A stretch of 64,000 nt of DNA from NCBI GenBank assembly GCA_951406725.2, contig OX597822.1, positions 102,238,001-102,302,000 on the forward strand, written 5' to 3'. Within the stretch, counting starts at the first letter, position 1. Each line of letters starts with the position of its first letter. Source of the stretch: Octopus vulgaris (taxonomy: Eukaryota). The position numbers were made by a program, and so were the translations under genes. Positions 26,302 to 39,660 of this stretch are shown piece by piece. The notes beneath the pieces were generated by a model that worked only from the letters and a program-made list of their open reading frames with translations, was not told the origin of the DNA and searched no databases.

Positions 26302-27007
26302 GTATATATATGTATGTATATATTCATATACACACACACATACACATACACACACACACATATATATATACATATATATATATATATAATCATCATCGTT
26401 TAACGTCCGCTTTCCATGCTAGCATGGGTTGGACGATTTTGACTGAGGGCTGGCAAACCAGATGACTGCACTAGCCTCCAATCTTGATTTGGCAGAGTTT
26501 CTACAGCTGGATGCCCTTCCTAACGCCAACCACTCCGAGAGAGTAGTGGGTGCTTTTTACGTGCCACCGGCACGGAGGTCAGTCAGGCAGTACTGGCAAC
26601 GACCTCGCTCGAATCTTTTTACGCATGCCACCGGCACAGGTGCCAGTAAGGTGACGTTGGTAACGATCACACTCGAATGGTGCCCTTTTACGTGTCACCT
26701 GCACAGAAGCCAGTTGGCTGCTGTGGCAACGATCATGCTCGGATAGTGCTCTTGGCACCCTACTAGCACGGGCACAAGTGCCAGTAAGGTGATGCTGGTA
26801 ACAATCACACTCGAATGGTGCCCTTTTATGTGCCGCTGGCACGGAAGCCGGTTAGCTGCTCTGTCAATGATCACACTCGTATGGTGCTCTTTGCACCCTC
26901 TCTAGCACGGATGCCAGTCACCGAATTCGATTTTGATTTTGATTTCGATTTCGATTTCACTTGCCTCAACAGGTCTTCGCAAGCAGAGTTTAGTTACCAA
27001 AGAAGGA

Positions 27008-27062
<55 letters not shown>

Positions 27063-27430
27063 ATATATATATGGAGAGAGAGAGAGAGAGAGAGAGAGAA
27101 ACTGGTGATGCTGTAGACACAACTGCGATGTTCCGCTGGACTAAAAGATTGTCGGGGTTATTGCAGTACAAGTCTAAATTGATTTGAAAACAACAGAGCT
27201 GAACGTCCAACCATCTACCCTACGCTGGACCAACCTCACCCCCACTTCTTACTCCGCCACCCTACTTCCCTATCCCTGCCCGATCCACCCAAACAATTCT
27301 TATCCGTGTTTTGTGCGATATTAGCAGACTGTATGTCAATAATTCTTGGAGAGAGAAACATGTGTACACGTGTGTATATGTGTGTGTACGTGTGTATGTG
27401 TATGTGTATGTTTATATATATATATATATA

Positions 27431-27470
<40 letters not shown>

Positions 27471-28101
27471 CATACATACATATATATATATATGTAATGC
27501 ATGTAGAAAATTTCATTAAAATCAGTTAGATAATTGAGTGAAAGAGCAGTGCATGCCATCAAAGTGACACTGCAAAGCCCAGTATACCCATCGTGACTAC
27601 CCATCTGATAAGGGTACACCAGGCACATGCATACATCAATATGTGCACAACATAGTGATCTCATATCAAGATTAACAGCACATGACCTTGCAGTTGGGGC
27701 CCAGTTAGAATTTTCTTCTGGTCGAGTAGCCCATCCTGCTCACAGGTCCCTGAATAAGTGTTGTTTAAGAATGTTGAACAAAATACCCATGTTTCTAAAG
27801 GTGAATTATCTAAACACCAAAGAATTCCTCTCAACACATGGCTATGATGCTCCCCCACTTCTTCCGCTTGTGATCAGAGATGCACATATTGTCAACCACT
27901 CAACTGGTTAAGGTCAAACAGCTGACAAGCAAATCCATGGTATTGAGCAGAATATTTGCTGTAGCCCATCTTTTATACCAAGACAAATCAATGTACATGA
28001 TAACACTTCCAATCAGTTAAGATCAGAAGCCACGAGAGCCACCACCTGGTACTGCATCAGGGTATTATCATTATTATCATCACTATTATTATTATTATTA
28101 T

Positions 28102-28137
<36 letters not shown>

Positions 28138-28171
28138 CAGCAACAGTAGTAGTAGTAGTAGTAGTAGTAGT

Positions 28172-28224
<53 letters not shown>

Positions 28225-28314
28225 CAGTTGCATACAGGGGTCGATCAAATCGACTGGCCCCCTCCCCCCAAATTTCAGGCTTTGCACCTAGAGTAGAAAA
28301 GAATATTAAACGAA

Positions 28315-28349
<35 letters not shown>

Positions 28350-28781
28350 TATAGATATAGTTCTAAAATCTTTAAACGAGATATAAATAGCAACAATACT
28401 AGACAAACACAAAACACACACACACACATGCACATACTATTATTATTCTTATGTTGAGTTCTCTTAATTATGACATTTGCACAAAAAGTGGTCCTTTCAA
28501 AATAACCCGACATTTCTCCTGTTTCATAACAAAAGAACAGTAAATTCTAAGCTGATCAAAGAAAAGACCAGGTATTTACAACAAATCAAAACTAGACAAT
28601 GATTCAGACCTGGGAGTTCAATTTTTCAGAGCATTTCTCACGTAAACTCATATTTTCTAAGATTTCCCATCCTGTGTTATTGTTGTGATGTTTTAAGCTG
28701 AAAGTTTAAATGCATTGAATTTCCAGGTCTGTATCATTGTGTCGTTCAGATTTATTGCAATTTCCTATTCTATTTCTTTGA

Positions 28782-28859
<78 letters not shown>

Positions 28860-28860
<1 letters not shown>

Positions 28861-29925
28861 AGTAGTTGAATGAATTATCTTATTATGGATAATTCGGTTA
28901 ACCGATACCTGGGTAGCAATTTCACGTCAGAAAAACACGGTTGTAGCTACTTGCCTAGGGCAGAGATCACGTGCTTTCGTGTGGAAATTTGTGCGTTTTT
29001 TTTAAATACAAATAAATGAAAGAATGGAGTTGAACGACGAATTAACAAAATTCCTTTATTTTCGACATATGTTTCAAAGGCTGCATATTCCTAATTTCGA
29101 AGGAATAGGGGGTGCATTATGCCGCCTTCTCATCAGGAAAAACAAGGAACTTATGTCAGTATCAAGATGCACAAAAACTTTTAGATGACTGCCCACACGG
29201 AGCCCATAGCGATAATGATTGTTTCTTTAAAATATTCCGTTATAAGCAGTGACGTCAAAAATGGTTGAATGTAGAAGATTCAAGAAGGTTCAAGGGTTCA
29301 AACAAGGTTGGAGGAGAGAGGACTAAGAATAGTAAGGTGATAGGGTGCAGGTCATATGAATGGTGATTTTGTTGTCTTCTTTTGTGAATGAGTGCCTATG
29401 TGTGTGTATGTATATAACTGCATTAATGTCTATGTGTGTGTATGTGTGTGCATGATTGTGTGTGTGGTTGGGTAGATGCCAAAAACAGACTGGTGAAGTG
29501 ACAGGTTTGTGTCTGTGTGTTTCATTGTGCTTACGATAGAGAGAGGGAAAGAGAGAGAGAGAGAGAGGAGGGCGAGGTAGAGAGACAAAGGTAAAACATA
29601 CATCAATAGATTGGGTAGTAGTCCTTTAAGAGTATAAAAATTGACTATTGGGGTGATATATAAATGGGACTATATTATTAAAAATTCAAGGAGGTTATCT
29701 ATATTAATCCTTATTCATATGAGTGAAAGGTGTGTTTTTGCCAGTGCATGCACCTAAAGGATTTCTCGACCACTGTATTTATTAAAGGGACTTTGGCGAA
29801 CAATATATGGAAAAGTTCGGAATTACAGACGCCACAAAATTTTCTGCCCTTATCAAACGGAAAGGATACCGACAATATGGACCATTCCAGCCTGAAAGTT
29901 GTATTGCTGACCTTAAGATGCCAAT
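28860..29925 (-). mobile_element. PLE 3' fragment: GIY-YIG C-terminal extension + 3' region with hammerhead
   Basis: Minus ORF ...LEWSILSVSFPFDKGRKFCGVCNSELFHIL...LINTVVEKSFRCMHWQK fits the W.I...C.(L/V)C..E...LN...E...C.H..K tail of PLE endonucleases; hammerhead downstream; ends at (TA)n. Confidence 0.65.
29059..29141 (-). ncRNA. Hammerhead ribozyme motif
   Basis: Minus strand: UUUUC-CUGAUGA-GAAGGC...GCCUUU-GAAAC-AUAU-GUC-GAAAA; palindromic stem III ACAUAUGU; GUC triplet. Confidence 0.78.
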
Positions 29926-30212
29926 ATATATATATATATTGTTGTATTTCGGAATGGTCATTTTGCCAATTTAGCCAATAAAAACACACGCACTATATAT
30001 TTGGTGTTACTTTGCTTCAGTGTTATTTATTTTTTACATTAATCTTAATCTTATTTCGGCCAGAGTTCTTTCGTCACACTCATGTGACCGCATCAGTGGT
30101 CCTTTGCTTTCTTCTTTCTTATTTGTGTGTCTCTCCTTACTAACTGTCAGCCATTTTGTATTTCTTTTTTTTTAATTTTTTAATTTTTTAAATTTATTAT
30201 TATTATTATTAT

Positions 30213-30291
<79 letters not shown>

Positions 30292-30372
30292 TGTAGTAGT
30301 AGTAGTCTATTGTTGTTATACATACATACATACATAGAAGCATACGTAATAATAATAATAATAATAATAATG

Positions 30373-30430
<58 letters not shown>

Positions 30431-30804
30431 GTAGATGTAAACACATGAACAAAATAAGAATAAACAAAAACAAATTACACGAACGTATATAAACAGAAGA
30501 TACAAATATTACAGGCATTTCCCCCCCACACACACACTAACTAAACATAGACGCACATAGAGATATACACATGCGCAAATGAAGACACATACAATAGAAA
30601 TACAAAATGGCTAACGGTTAGTAAGGAGAGACACACAAATACGAAAGAAGAAAGCAAAGGATCACTGATGAGGTTACAGGAGTGTAACGAAAGAACTAAG
30701 ATTAAGATTAATGTAAAAAATAAATAACACTGAAGCAAAGTAACACCAAATATATAGTGCGTGTGTTTTTATTGGCTAAACTGGCAAAATGACCATTCCG
30801 AAAT

Positions 30805-30815
<11 letters not shown>
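29926..30815. repeat. Inverted repeat (about 29926-30165 / 30595-30815) with a hammerhead-like motif in each arm
   Basis: Arms are reverse complements. Motifs at 30058-30100 (-; CUGAUGC variant) and 30661-30700 (+; CUGAUGA-G-GUUACA-GGAG-UGUAAC-GAAA). Confidence 0.75.
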
Positions 30816-30847
<32 letters not shown>

Positions 30848-30850
30848 TAG

Positions 30851-30924
<74 letters not shown>

Positions 30925-30928
<4 letters not shown>

Positions 30929-31318
30929 TTTACTTTGATACTTTGATAGGTTTCGGCCATTATTGGCCCAGGCCATGTCTAACTTAATAACACCACCTGG
31001 TGAAGTCTTTCAAGTCAGAATTTGGGCACTATGGCACACTCAAGTAGAGAGTTATTGTTTACAGAGACATATCCGGGTGTAGGGGGTTTATCCGGGATTT
31101 CTTGAAGGAATCTGTCCAAAGACTTCTTGAACCCTATAGGGTCAGTTTCTGTTTTAATGTGTTTTGGTGTAATGTTAAAGAGAGCGGGGCCAATTGAGGT
31201 GAAATAATTGTGCCGTATTGTTGTTATGAGATGAGAGTGCGATTTTTGTTTTGGGCGGATGGCACGGGGCCCAAGCCTTGGATGTACCTTAAAGGTGATG
31301 CCAACATCATTTGGGCAA
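30925..31318 (-). mobile_element. CR1-group LINE 3' end (second family)
   Basis: Minus translation [19 protein letters not shown]...GPALFNITPKHIK...FKKSLDRFLQEIPDKP..PGY....NSL, followed by a 3' UTR with an AAAGT-like tail. Confidence 0.7.
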
Positions 31319-31372
31319 TATATATATAATTATATATATAAACATACACATATATATATATATAATTATATA

Positions 31373-31410
<38 letters not shown>

Positions 31411-31412
31411 AT

Positions 31413-31468
<56 letters not shown>

Positions 31469-31474
31469 CATATA

Positions 31475-31525
<51 letters not shown>

Positions 31526-31564
31526 ATATATTTAATTACATATATATACATACATATATATATA

Positions 31565-31610
<46 letters not shown>

Positions 31611-31622
31611 CATACACACACA

Positions 31623-31670
<48 letters not shown>

Positions 31671-31799
31671 TGCCACATATTAGACGAGGTTCGTCGCAAT
31701 AACAGTGTAGCACAAAACGGCGGTGCATCAGCATGGCCGCAGCTCAGCTGAAACTATAAAATATATATATATATATTTAATTCGTTTGGGACAAATACC

Positions 31800-32320
31800 T
31801 CAGAATGTGCTCATAAAAGCTTTTATGCTTCTTGTGTCGGCTGTTGTTCCAAACTATCCAGTGTAATCCTATGGAACTGTTATACATCCAGAACTCTTTA
31901 CAGATTAGAATAAATTTAGTTATAACGAAAATGACTGTGGGTGGACATTTTTAGACTACTTTAATGTACTGCAACATTTGTTTTCTTGGAAAGTTGTGAC
32001 CATTCATAAGTAATGCCCAAGAATTTAACGCAGCTTCCTGTTTGGTGTAAAATGGTGATTGTAAGGGCAAACATCAGACTAGCAAAGAAACATTAATGCA
32101 AATTCTTGAAGAAGCATTCACATGTGATGGAGGCATCGTCAAGATTCATGGATATGAAAATGTCCTCACAAATGAAAATGTAAGATGCAGAAACGTATTG
32201 TTTTTTCTAGCTCGGAACTGAGAAAACTAATAAGGAGAGTACAGGAGGCGGTCGAAAAAGCCAGCTTCTATATATGGCTGAAACGGGAAGATCAAAAATG
32301 GCTTGAAAGTCATAACATGC
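31800..32320 (+). pseudogene. Highly degraded RLE-type (Hero-like) retrotransposon 3' end
   Basis: Only the end is recognisable: ELRKLIRRVQEAVEKASFYIWLKREDQKW. Confidence 0.35.
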
Positions 32321-33397
32321 CGGCGGGAAATAACATCATTAGATGAAACAAGCTGACACTGAATTAGCTTCGCTGATTGACAGGTGACGGTCTCGTTTAG
32401 AGAATGCGTGGGCTAAAACTACGCGCCTTCATTGGTCAGTTAAAGTTGAGACAATGTCACGTGACAACTTGCTGGGGCTGCCTGCTGGAGCATAGCAGCG
32501 GGTAAAGGGGAAAATTTGACAAGGCAGTCAGTCGTCCGCTGACACTCGTTGATGCTACATCGAAGAGGCCAGGGAACAGAAGAAAGATGAAGAAAGAAGA
32601 CATGCACCCAACACCAGAGCTGAAGACACCTCCGAAAGTGGGGGCCCCGCCACGTCAAAACGGTAGAGGAGTAGGGTCCGAAACCGGACGTGGTTCCTCC
32701 TGATGATGTCTTGAGCTAACTGGATCCTATAAAGGAGCTGTTGTGGTAGCAGACCACGAAACACGGTTGAAATTCCTTCCATAGTATATTAATAAAGTTT
32801 TAAAATTTCCATTCACAAGTCATTTTCGTTATTACAATGTGTGTACGTGTGTGTGTCATTGAGCCTGTGTTTTTCCCCCACCACCACTTGAAAACTGGGG
32901 TTGGTGTATTTACGTCCCTGAATCTTAGCAGCTCAGCAAAAGATACTGACAGAATAAGAACCAGGTTTAAAAAGAAAATACGCACTGGGGTTGATTAGTT
33001 CAACTAAAATTCTTCAAGGCAAACGCCCCAGCATGGCCGCAGTCTAATGACTGAAACAAGTAAGAGATAAAAGAAAGAACACAAATATTCTTTAATAAAA
33101 GAAATGCAATGATTACTGTAATGGGCAAGGGTGTTTCTAAGTGTCAATCCATCGATTTTAATTTTGTCTTCATTGAAAAAGTTGGTAATGACTGCTATTT
33201 CTAATTCGCCAACACTTGATGTTCTTTTTTAAACAACATTTATTTTTTTCTGTTCTTGTAAATGACTGCTCTGTTGCTGAACTTTGTAAACATATCGTTC
33301 TCATAGTAACATGCTTTCCTCCCCTTCTTACAACATACCTTCATCTTCCTCTAATATAATTGAAACGAGAGAAATTGATTAGGTACACAATATTATA

Positions 33398-34085
33398 TGT
33401 TGTGGTCAGCAGATGCAACGATAAAAATATTTTGTTATTATGACGGCGGCATATTGTAAGGTGTGAAAGATGAACAATGTGTGAAGTTTTAAGAAAGTAT
33501 TTATTTACCGTTACGTTACAATTACCTTGCCTCGACGAGCAGGTTGTGATAAATCCAAAAGCATGCGAAGTAAAGTTTGTGTTTGTGTCCTCTTCATTGT
33601 TTAGTAGTAAATACAGAGAGATAGAATGATGTTGTAACAGAACAGGATTAGAGCTAGAGAGAATTGTAGGGTGTTGTCTCACAGTTGCTTTCTCCCTCTG
33701 ACCAAGGTACTAGCTGGTCAGCCAGACTTCGTTGAGTTGTCACCGACTGTGACTAACTCCGTTGAGTCGTCACAACTGTGACGAACTGATTTTTGCTTGA
33801 GGTGTGCTTGCTTATATAACTATCCAGAAGGATAGATATATCATTGAGAACAATAGATTTAGTTGGTGGTCTTGTTATCTATTCTAGCTTTTGGTGAATT
33901 AGAAGAGGTTATAAAGGGTCAAGTGGTGAAGACATTATTTCGGCCTAGCTAAAGGCATCTGGAAAATGTAAAACTGCTGTCAGAGAAAAACCATTGTTCC
34001 ACCGTGGGAAAAGTTCTGTTGCATTGTTAATTTAAATTTGGCTGTGGTGGATCGAATCCACTTCATGCATGCAAGATCCACTACA
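33398..34085. mobile_element. Probable solo LTR (~690 bp)
   Basis: Termini TGTTGTGG...CCACTACA (imperfect IR, TG..CA); flanks TTATA/TAATA; minus-strand TATA-like motif (~33815) upstream of AATAAA-like motifs (~33500). Confidence 0.5.
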
Positions 34086-34876
34086 TAATATTCCAAAGTC
34101 AGCACTTTTTACTTATTGTACATTTCCATATAATAATAACCGATATACATGTTGGCCGGCTGGTTAGTTGATTTCTCCAAGTCACGCTTTACACCGTCTA
34201 GTAAGAAAGAGTAAAAGAAAGATACAGAGAGACAGGGAAAGAGAGAGAGAGAGATAACATACAAGGTGTAGGACGAGTGCACATACAAGGCTTGGTGACA
34301 GGTTGTGAGTAAATAAAACTGGCTGTGTCTACGTGGTCAGGGAATTGACCTTAAAAGGTCAGGAATCAAAGACGTGTATTGAGGAAAAAGATGGATTTTT
34401 ATAGAGTGTAGTAGGCTCGAAATAGGGTTCGAAAAAAAGGTTGTTCACGTTATGCTATCTAAAATCTCTGACTGGCAATCCGCGGTCAGTTGGCACAACA
34501 GAGTAGGAGACAAATTGCGCCAATATCAACCAATCAGAGTAGTGGACACAACGGGATACAAACAGCGGCCGAAGCCCAGCTGGTCCCTGCTACGTTCGAA
34601 TGCACGTATATATAGAGCCTTCGCTACAGATCCAATTTTCGTAATGAAAACTTAAATGGTAATGATTGTATACGCGCAGTATTTCCTGATATAATCTATA
34701 GTAACAAAAGTATACTTCCAAAGTTACTTGTCATATGAGGGACAACGCTCCAGTGATCTTATAACGATCTTTATGCATGTACACTCTTTTTTTGTTAAAG
34801 TAAATACGTGGCAATTTAGTCTCTTCACTATTAGTTGCGGTTGGTGGTCCTTAAAATTACTTATCTAACACGCATG

Positions 34877-34941
<65 letters not shown>

Positions 34942-35420
34942 AAAAAAAAAAAGATAGTAATAGTGCTGATATTCTATCTATCTATCTATCTACACACACA
35001 CACACAAACCTCACCTCGGCTCTATTGTTAACCAAATATGAAAGTATTATTTGACAGGCAAGAACTCTGGCATTGAAGACAGTCAGCCAGCCAACCACCA
35101 AGCCAGCCAACGAGACAGACAGACACTACTGTGATGGTGATAATGATAAAAAAACAAAAATAACAATAATAAGATACTGCTGTGACTACACATAAAACAA
35201 TATCATTGATGATGATGGTGGTGATGGTGATGGTGATGATGATAATGATGATGGTAATGGTGGTGATAATGATGATAGTGATGGTAATGGTGAAGATAAT
35301 AACAATAATAAGCCGACTACGGCTGCTATAATGGTACGATTATAATTGTAACGGCAATGATGGCCGTCTCCCCACGAGCCAATCAAAGCTAAAAAATGAT
35401 AACATTATCGTAGCACCAAA

Positions 35421-36797
35421 ATGTTTTTGGAAACTAAAAGGAAAACTAAATCAGTATACCAAATCGCTTGTCCTATGGTTAATCTGGAAGCGCGTCCCCC
35501 AGGGAAGAGCCAGCCTGGGATCGAAAAGTCATCAACTGGCACAAACTCTTCTCCGAATACGGACATGGATGGTCACTTGAACGGGAAATCTCCCAACTCG
35601 AGCCCTCCAAGTTCACCACCACAACCACCACAGAAAGAAAAATGTAAGCGGAACAAATGGACCCGAGAAGAGTATAAAGAAGTAATATACGCTTATTACT
35701 ATGCATTAGGTAGGCCATCTCAAGAGAGACACACCGCAAACTCTTACAGTATATGGAGAACACGGAATCAAGACAGTAGGCCCTATTTGGACGAGAACAA
35801 ATTAGCAAATGTGAGGAGGGATATCTTTAGAAATAACAGACTCACAGACAGTGAAATAAGTGCGATCAAGCACGCAACGGAAAATGACATAAATATAAGA
35901 CACAAAGGAAATGAAGAATCAGATGAACAGTATAGCCCGCCACGAGGCTTAATTGAAAGACTGCCATCTGACCAAAGTACGCAAAGGCCTGAAGATACAA
36001 GAAATTCTATTGTACCTGTTAAAGATAGCCAGGAAAACGAAAAAACAACAGTAACTGAAGATCTCGCATTTGCTGAAGAACACAGAGAGTCTATGGCAGA
36101 AATGAGGCAGAAAATCCTGAATACGCTTGAAGTTGTAAGACATACAAGTATGAATGATAGAGAACCGCTTCATAAACTCTCAAATACAAACCAAAATAAA
36201 AAACAAATCCAAATTGGCAACTATGTAACAAATGAAATAATACGAGAATTAAAACCTGATTTTACTGAGTTAAATGAAATTATTTACGCTTCTGCTAGGG
36301 CAATTGAAACCAGCTGTATGCCCCCGAAAAAACAAAGAAAACAAAACCTGGGAAGAAATCAAACCTGGAGAAGTAAAATTGAAAAAGAGATTGAATTTAT
36401 GAGAGGGGAAATATCAATATTAAATGAACTAATATGTGGAAATGATGTAAGATCCAGAACAGGAAGAAAGATGAAGAGAAAATTTGGATCCTCACCAAGA
36501 GAAGAACTGATATCAATAAAAGAAACGCTGAAACAAAAAGTCCAAGCAAAAGCCCAAAGAATACGAAGATTTGAGAAGAGAAACAAGTTTTACAAGCAAA
36601 ATAAGCTGTTCACATCCAATGCCAAAAAATTCTACAGAGAAATAGGGAAGGAGAAAGTAACCGTTAAAGACCCTCCTCCCATGGAAGAAGTTCAAAACTT
36701 TTGGGAAAGGATTTGGAGTGACAAGAAGACGTACAACATAAATGCAGACTGGATTATACAAACTGAAGGATCCTACCAAAATTTACAACAACAAGCA
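35421..36797 (+). pseudogene. Dong/R4 ORF, N-terminal portion
   Basis: Open frame of about 459 codons up to the insertion junction. Confidence 0.85.
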
Positions 36798-37022
36798 TAC
36801 TCATTGAAATTGAGAAAATGTGGCATCTCAAGGCGGTTACAATACCAGTGATCGTAGGAGCACTAGGAATGATCAAGAAGGGAACCGAAAATTATATGAG
36901 AATGATCCCTGGCTTACCATCCCTGCAAGAAGTGCAAAAGATTGTCTTAACTGGTACATCACACGTATTGAGAAGAGCATTGTCGATGTGAGAACTGTTG
37001 CTGCTCATGTATTTTAATTTAA

Positions 37023-37057
<35 letters not shown>

Positions 37058-37190
37058 AAAAAATAAAAAGAACGAACTACTGAGTTTGGTTTAATGGCCT
37101 ACCAATATACACTATGAGTTTCTTTGCCCTAGGAGTCGGGAAGACACTCGGCAAGAAATGGAAGAAAATTTGAAAGAAGAAAAAAAAAAA

Positions 37191-37263
<73 letters not shown>
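36798..37263 (+). mobile_element. 5'-truncated second Dong/R4-family element nested in the first
   Basis: LIEIEKMWHLKAVTIPVIVGALGMIKKG...LQEVQKIVLTGTSHVLRRALSM* (stop 36989-36991), paralogous to the host C-terminus; own 3' UTR and (TAA)n tail 37192-37263. Confidence 0.85.
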
Positions 37264-39059
37264 GCACCTACTCTGCGAAACTTCTTGACTGTAAGTATGA
37301 GGTCATGGAGAACCACACTAACTCTGAACAGTGACAATGAATCCCTAAATGCTGGTGATGTAAAAATTTTGTGTGGCATTTTCCAGGGTGACTCACTGTC
37401 ACCACTCCTCTTTTGTTTATCCTTAATACATCTCTCAAAGCTGCTCAATGACGCGCAGTACGTGTAAAAAATGTTTGATAAAAATATAAATCATCTCATT
37501 TACATGGATGATTTAAAGCTCTTTGCAAAAAATGACCAACAACTCAAGGGTTTACTAGCGATAGTCAAACAATTCAGTGACGACATCAGAATGCAATTCG
37601 GCCTCGATAAATGTGCAAAGGCTACCTTCATCAAAGGAAAAATGACAGAAACATCTAACGTTAACCTTGACCAGCAGAATGTCATAAAAGAACTAGACCC
37701 AGTGGAGAGCTACAAGTACCTAGGGGTAATTGAAGGGAACGGAATAAGGCATTCAGAGATGAAGGAAAGGATCAGGAGAGAATGCTATCGAAGAGTGAGA
37801 GCAATACTCAAGACAGAGCTGAATGCAAGAAACAGGATCGAAGCGATCAATGCATTAGCCATACCAGTCGTGACTTACAGTTTCAATATTGTTAACTGGT
37901 CAATTACTGAAATATGTCAGCTCGACAGAAAAATAAGGAAACTGTTGACAATGCATAGAATGCACCACCCTAAGGCAGATACAGAACGACTCTATCTGCC
38001 AAGAAAAGAGGGAGGCCGTGGTCTTTTGCAACTGGCAATAACAATGAAGATTGCTACAATTGGCCTAGACACCTACCTGAAAAACTCTGAGGACTGGATG
38101 TTAAAACTTGTCTCAAAACATGAAAACAAGAAAGCATCATACTCAGTCACAAAACAGGCAAAGGAATATCTAAGTGAATTCCGAATACAACCAATTTCGG
38201 AATTAGAGATAGATATACAAGTAACAAGCACAGAAAAAGCTAGGCGCATGAAAACCCGTGCCAAAACTGCGGCCTTAGATATTCTGAATAATAAATGGCA
38301 AGAAAAACCTCTCTATGGCAAATACCCAAAGAGAGCGAATAGTGCAGATATCGACAAAGCCCTGACCCATCAATGGCTAATGGCCTCTGGCTTAAAATCT
38401 GAAACAGAGGGGTTTATCATAGCAGCTCAAGATCAATGCCTACCAACAAGAAACTACCAGGCCAACATATTAAAGAACGGCAGTAGCCCAACATGTCGTG
38501 TATGCCGACAACAAAATGAAACCATTGACCATGTTGTCTCCAAATGCAGTCTTCTAGCGCCTACAGAGTACCTCAGTAGGCATGATAGAGCTGTACAATA
38601 TATTCACTGGGTAATTTGCAAAAACCTGGATTTGCCCCATGAAAAAAACTGGTGGGAACACAATCCACCTCCTGTGCTTGAAAATGACCACATCTCACTC
38701 CTCTGGAACTTCACCATTCAAACTGACAGGAAGATAGATGCAAATAGGCCAGACATTATATTGAAAGACTTCAGACAAAAACATGCCTCCTCATTGATAT
38801 GACTGTCCCAATCGATATAAACGTATCTGTCAAGACCTACCAAAAACTGAGCAAATATAAAGATCTTGAAATAGAAATCAGCAAAATGTGGAAGCTGAAG
38901 ACTAAAACAATACCTGTTGTCATAGGTGCCCTGGGAATGATAGCGAAAGGGACTGATTGCTACCTAACTCAGATACCAGGAAACCCCAAAATGGCAGAAA
39001 TTCAAAAGATAGTACTCATGGGAACTGCTCATATTCTACGCAAAATACTCTCTATGTAA
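37264..39059 (+). pseudogene. Dong/R4 ORF, RT C-terminal half + zinc knuckle + RLE
   Basis: ORFs 37285-37467, 37471-38802 and 38799-39059 join into one protein after repairing one stop and one frameshift. Confidence 0.9.
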
Positions 39060-39258
39060 TCCCAAGGTTTAAAACGAACTTTTTTTATTTTTTTTATTTT
39101 TTTTTTTATATTTATTTATTTTTCATTTTTATGTATTAGACATTCACTAGTACAACACCAAAAAAACCCCCCAAATATATGGCACAGAACTTCCAACCTG
39201 TTGTCTCTTGAGGTCTCTGGGTGAGACTTGGAGCCAACTTGTACAAAAGTCAAACATA

Positions 39259-39339
<81 letters not shown>

Positions 39340-39342
<3 letters not shown>

Positions 39343-39660
39343 AATTATTGTATACCGTGCACAGGTGCACCACAACTTGTCAAAAGCAGATGCAGTAATG
39401 TACAAATGTCTGGGAAGTGAACAGTGTATGAGTCAGATACATACCTGCGTGTGTATAGAAGGGAGAAAACAGGTGTAGTGTTGGCGAATCTCAGGAAGCA
39501 TGGAAGTTTTGAAGGATGCAGTGCTCCGACAACTAACAACTGATGCCGGCAGTTTGTTCCATACTTCAGCAACTCTTAGCATGAAAAAATGTTTCCTGAA
39601 GTCATGGGAGCTGTGCTGTTTTCTGACTTTGCAAATATGTCCACGGCTGTTAGACAGGTG
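39340..39660 (-). mobile_element. CR1 LINE 3' end
   Basis: Minus translation SRGHICKVRKQHSSHDFRKHFFMLRVAEVWNKLPASVVSCRSTASFK; 3' end abuts the (ATT)n tract. Confidence 0.75.

Larger units (their letters stand above)
35310..39340 (+). mobile_element. Dong/R4-clade non-LTR retrotransposon (single ORF, RT + restriction-like endonuclease), disrupted
   Basis: N-terminal RNKWTREE..EVIYAYY; RT motifs GIFQGDSLSPLLF and YMDDLKL; CCHC CRVC...ETIDHVVSKC; RHD; RPDI...ID.TVP...K..KY endonuclease; 3' UTR then (TAA)n at 39261-39340. Lesions: stop at 37465, frameshift near 38780, missing RT N-terminus. Confidence 0.9.

Noticed and set aside
30945-30985. Hammerhead-like GGCC...GGCCGAAAC on the minus strand
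   Set aside because: No CUGANGA core; it is the 3' UTR hairpin of the CR1-group LINE.
35310-35420. HDV-like ribozyme at the Dong/R4 5' end
   Set aside because: Expected for some RLE elements and local hairpins exist, but I could not build the P1/P1.1/P2/P3 double pseudoknot by eye.
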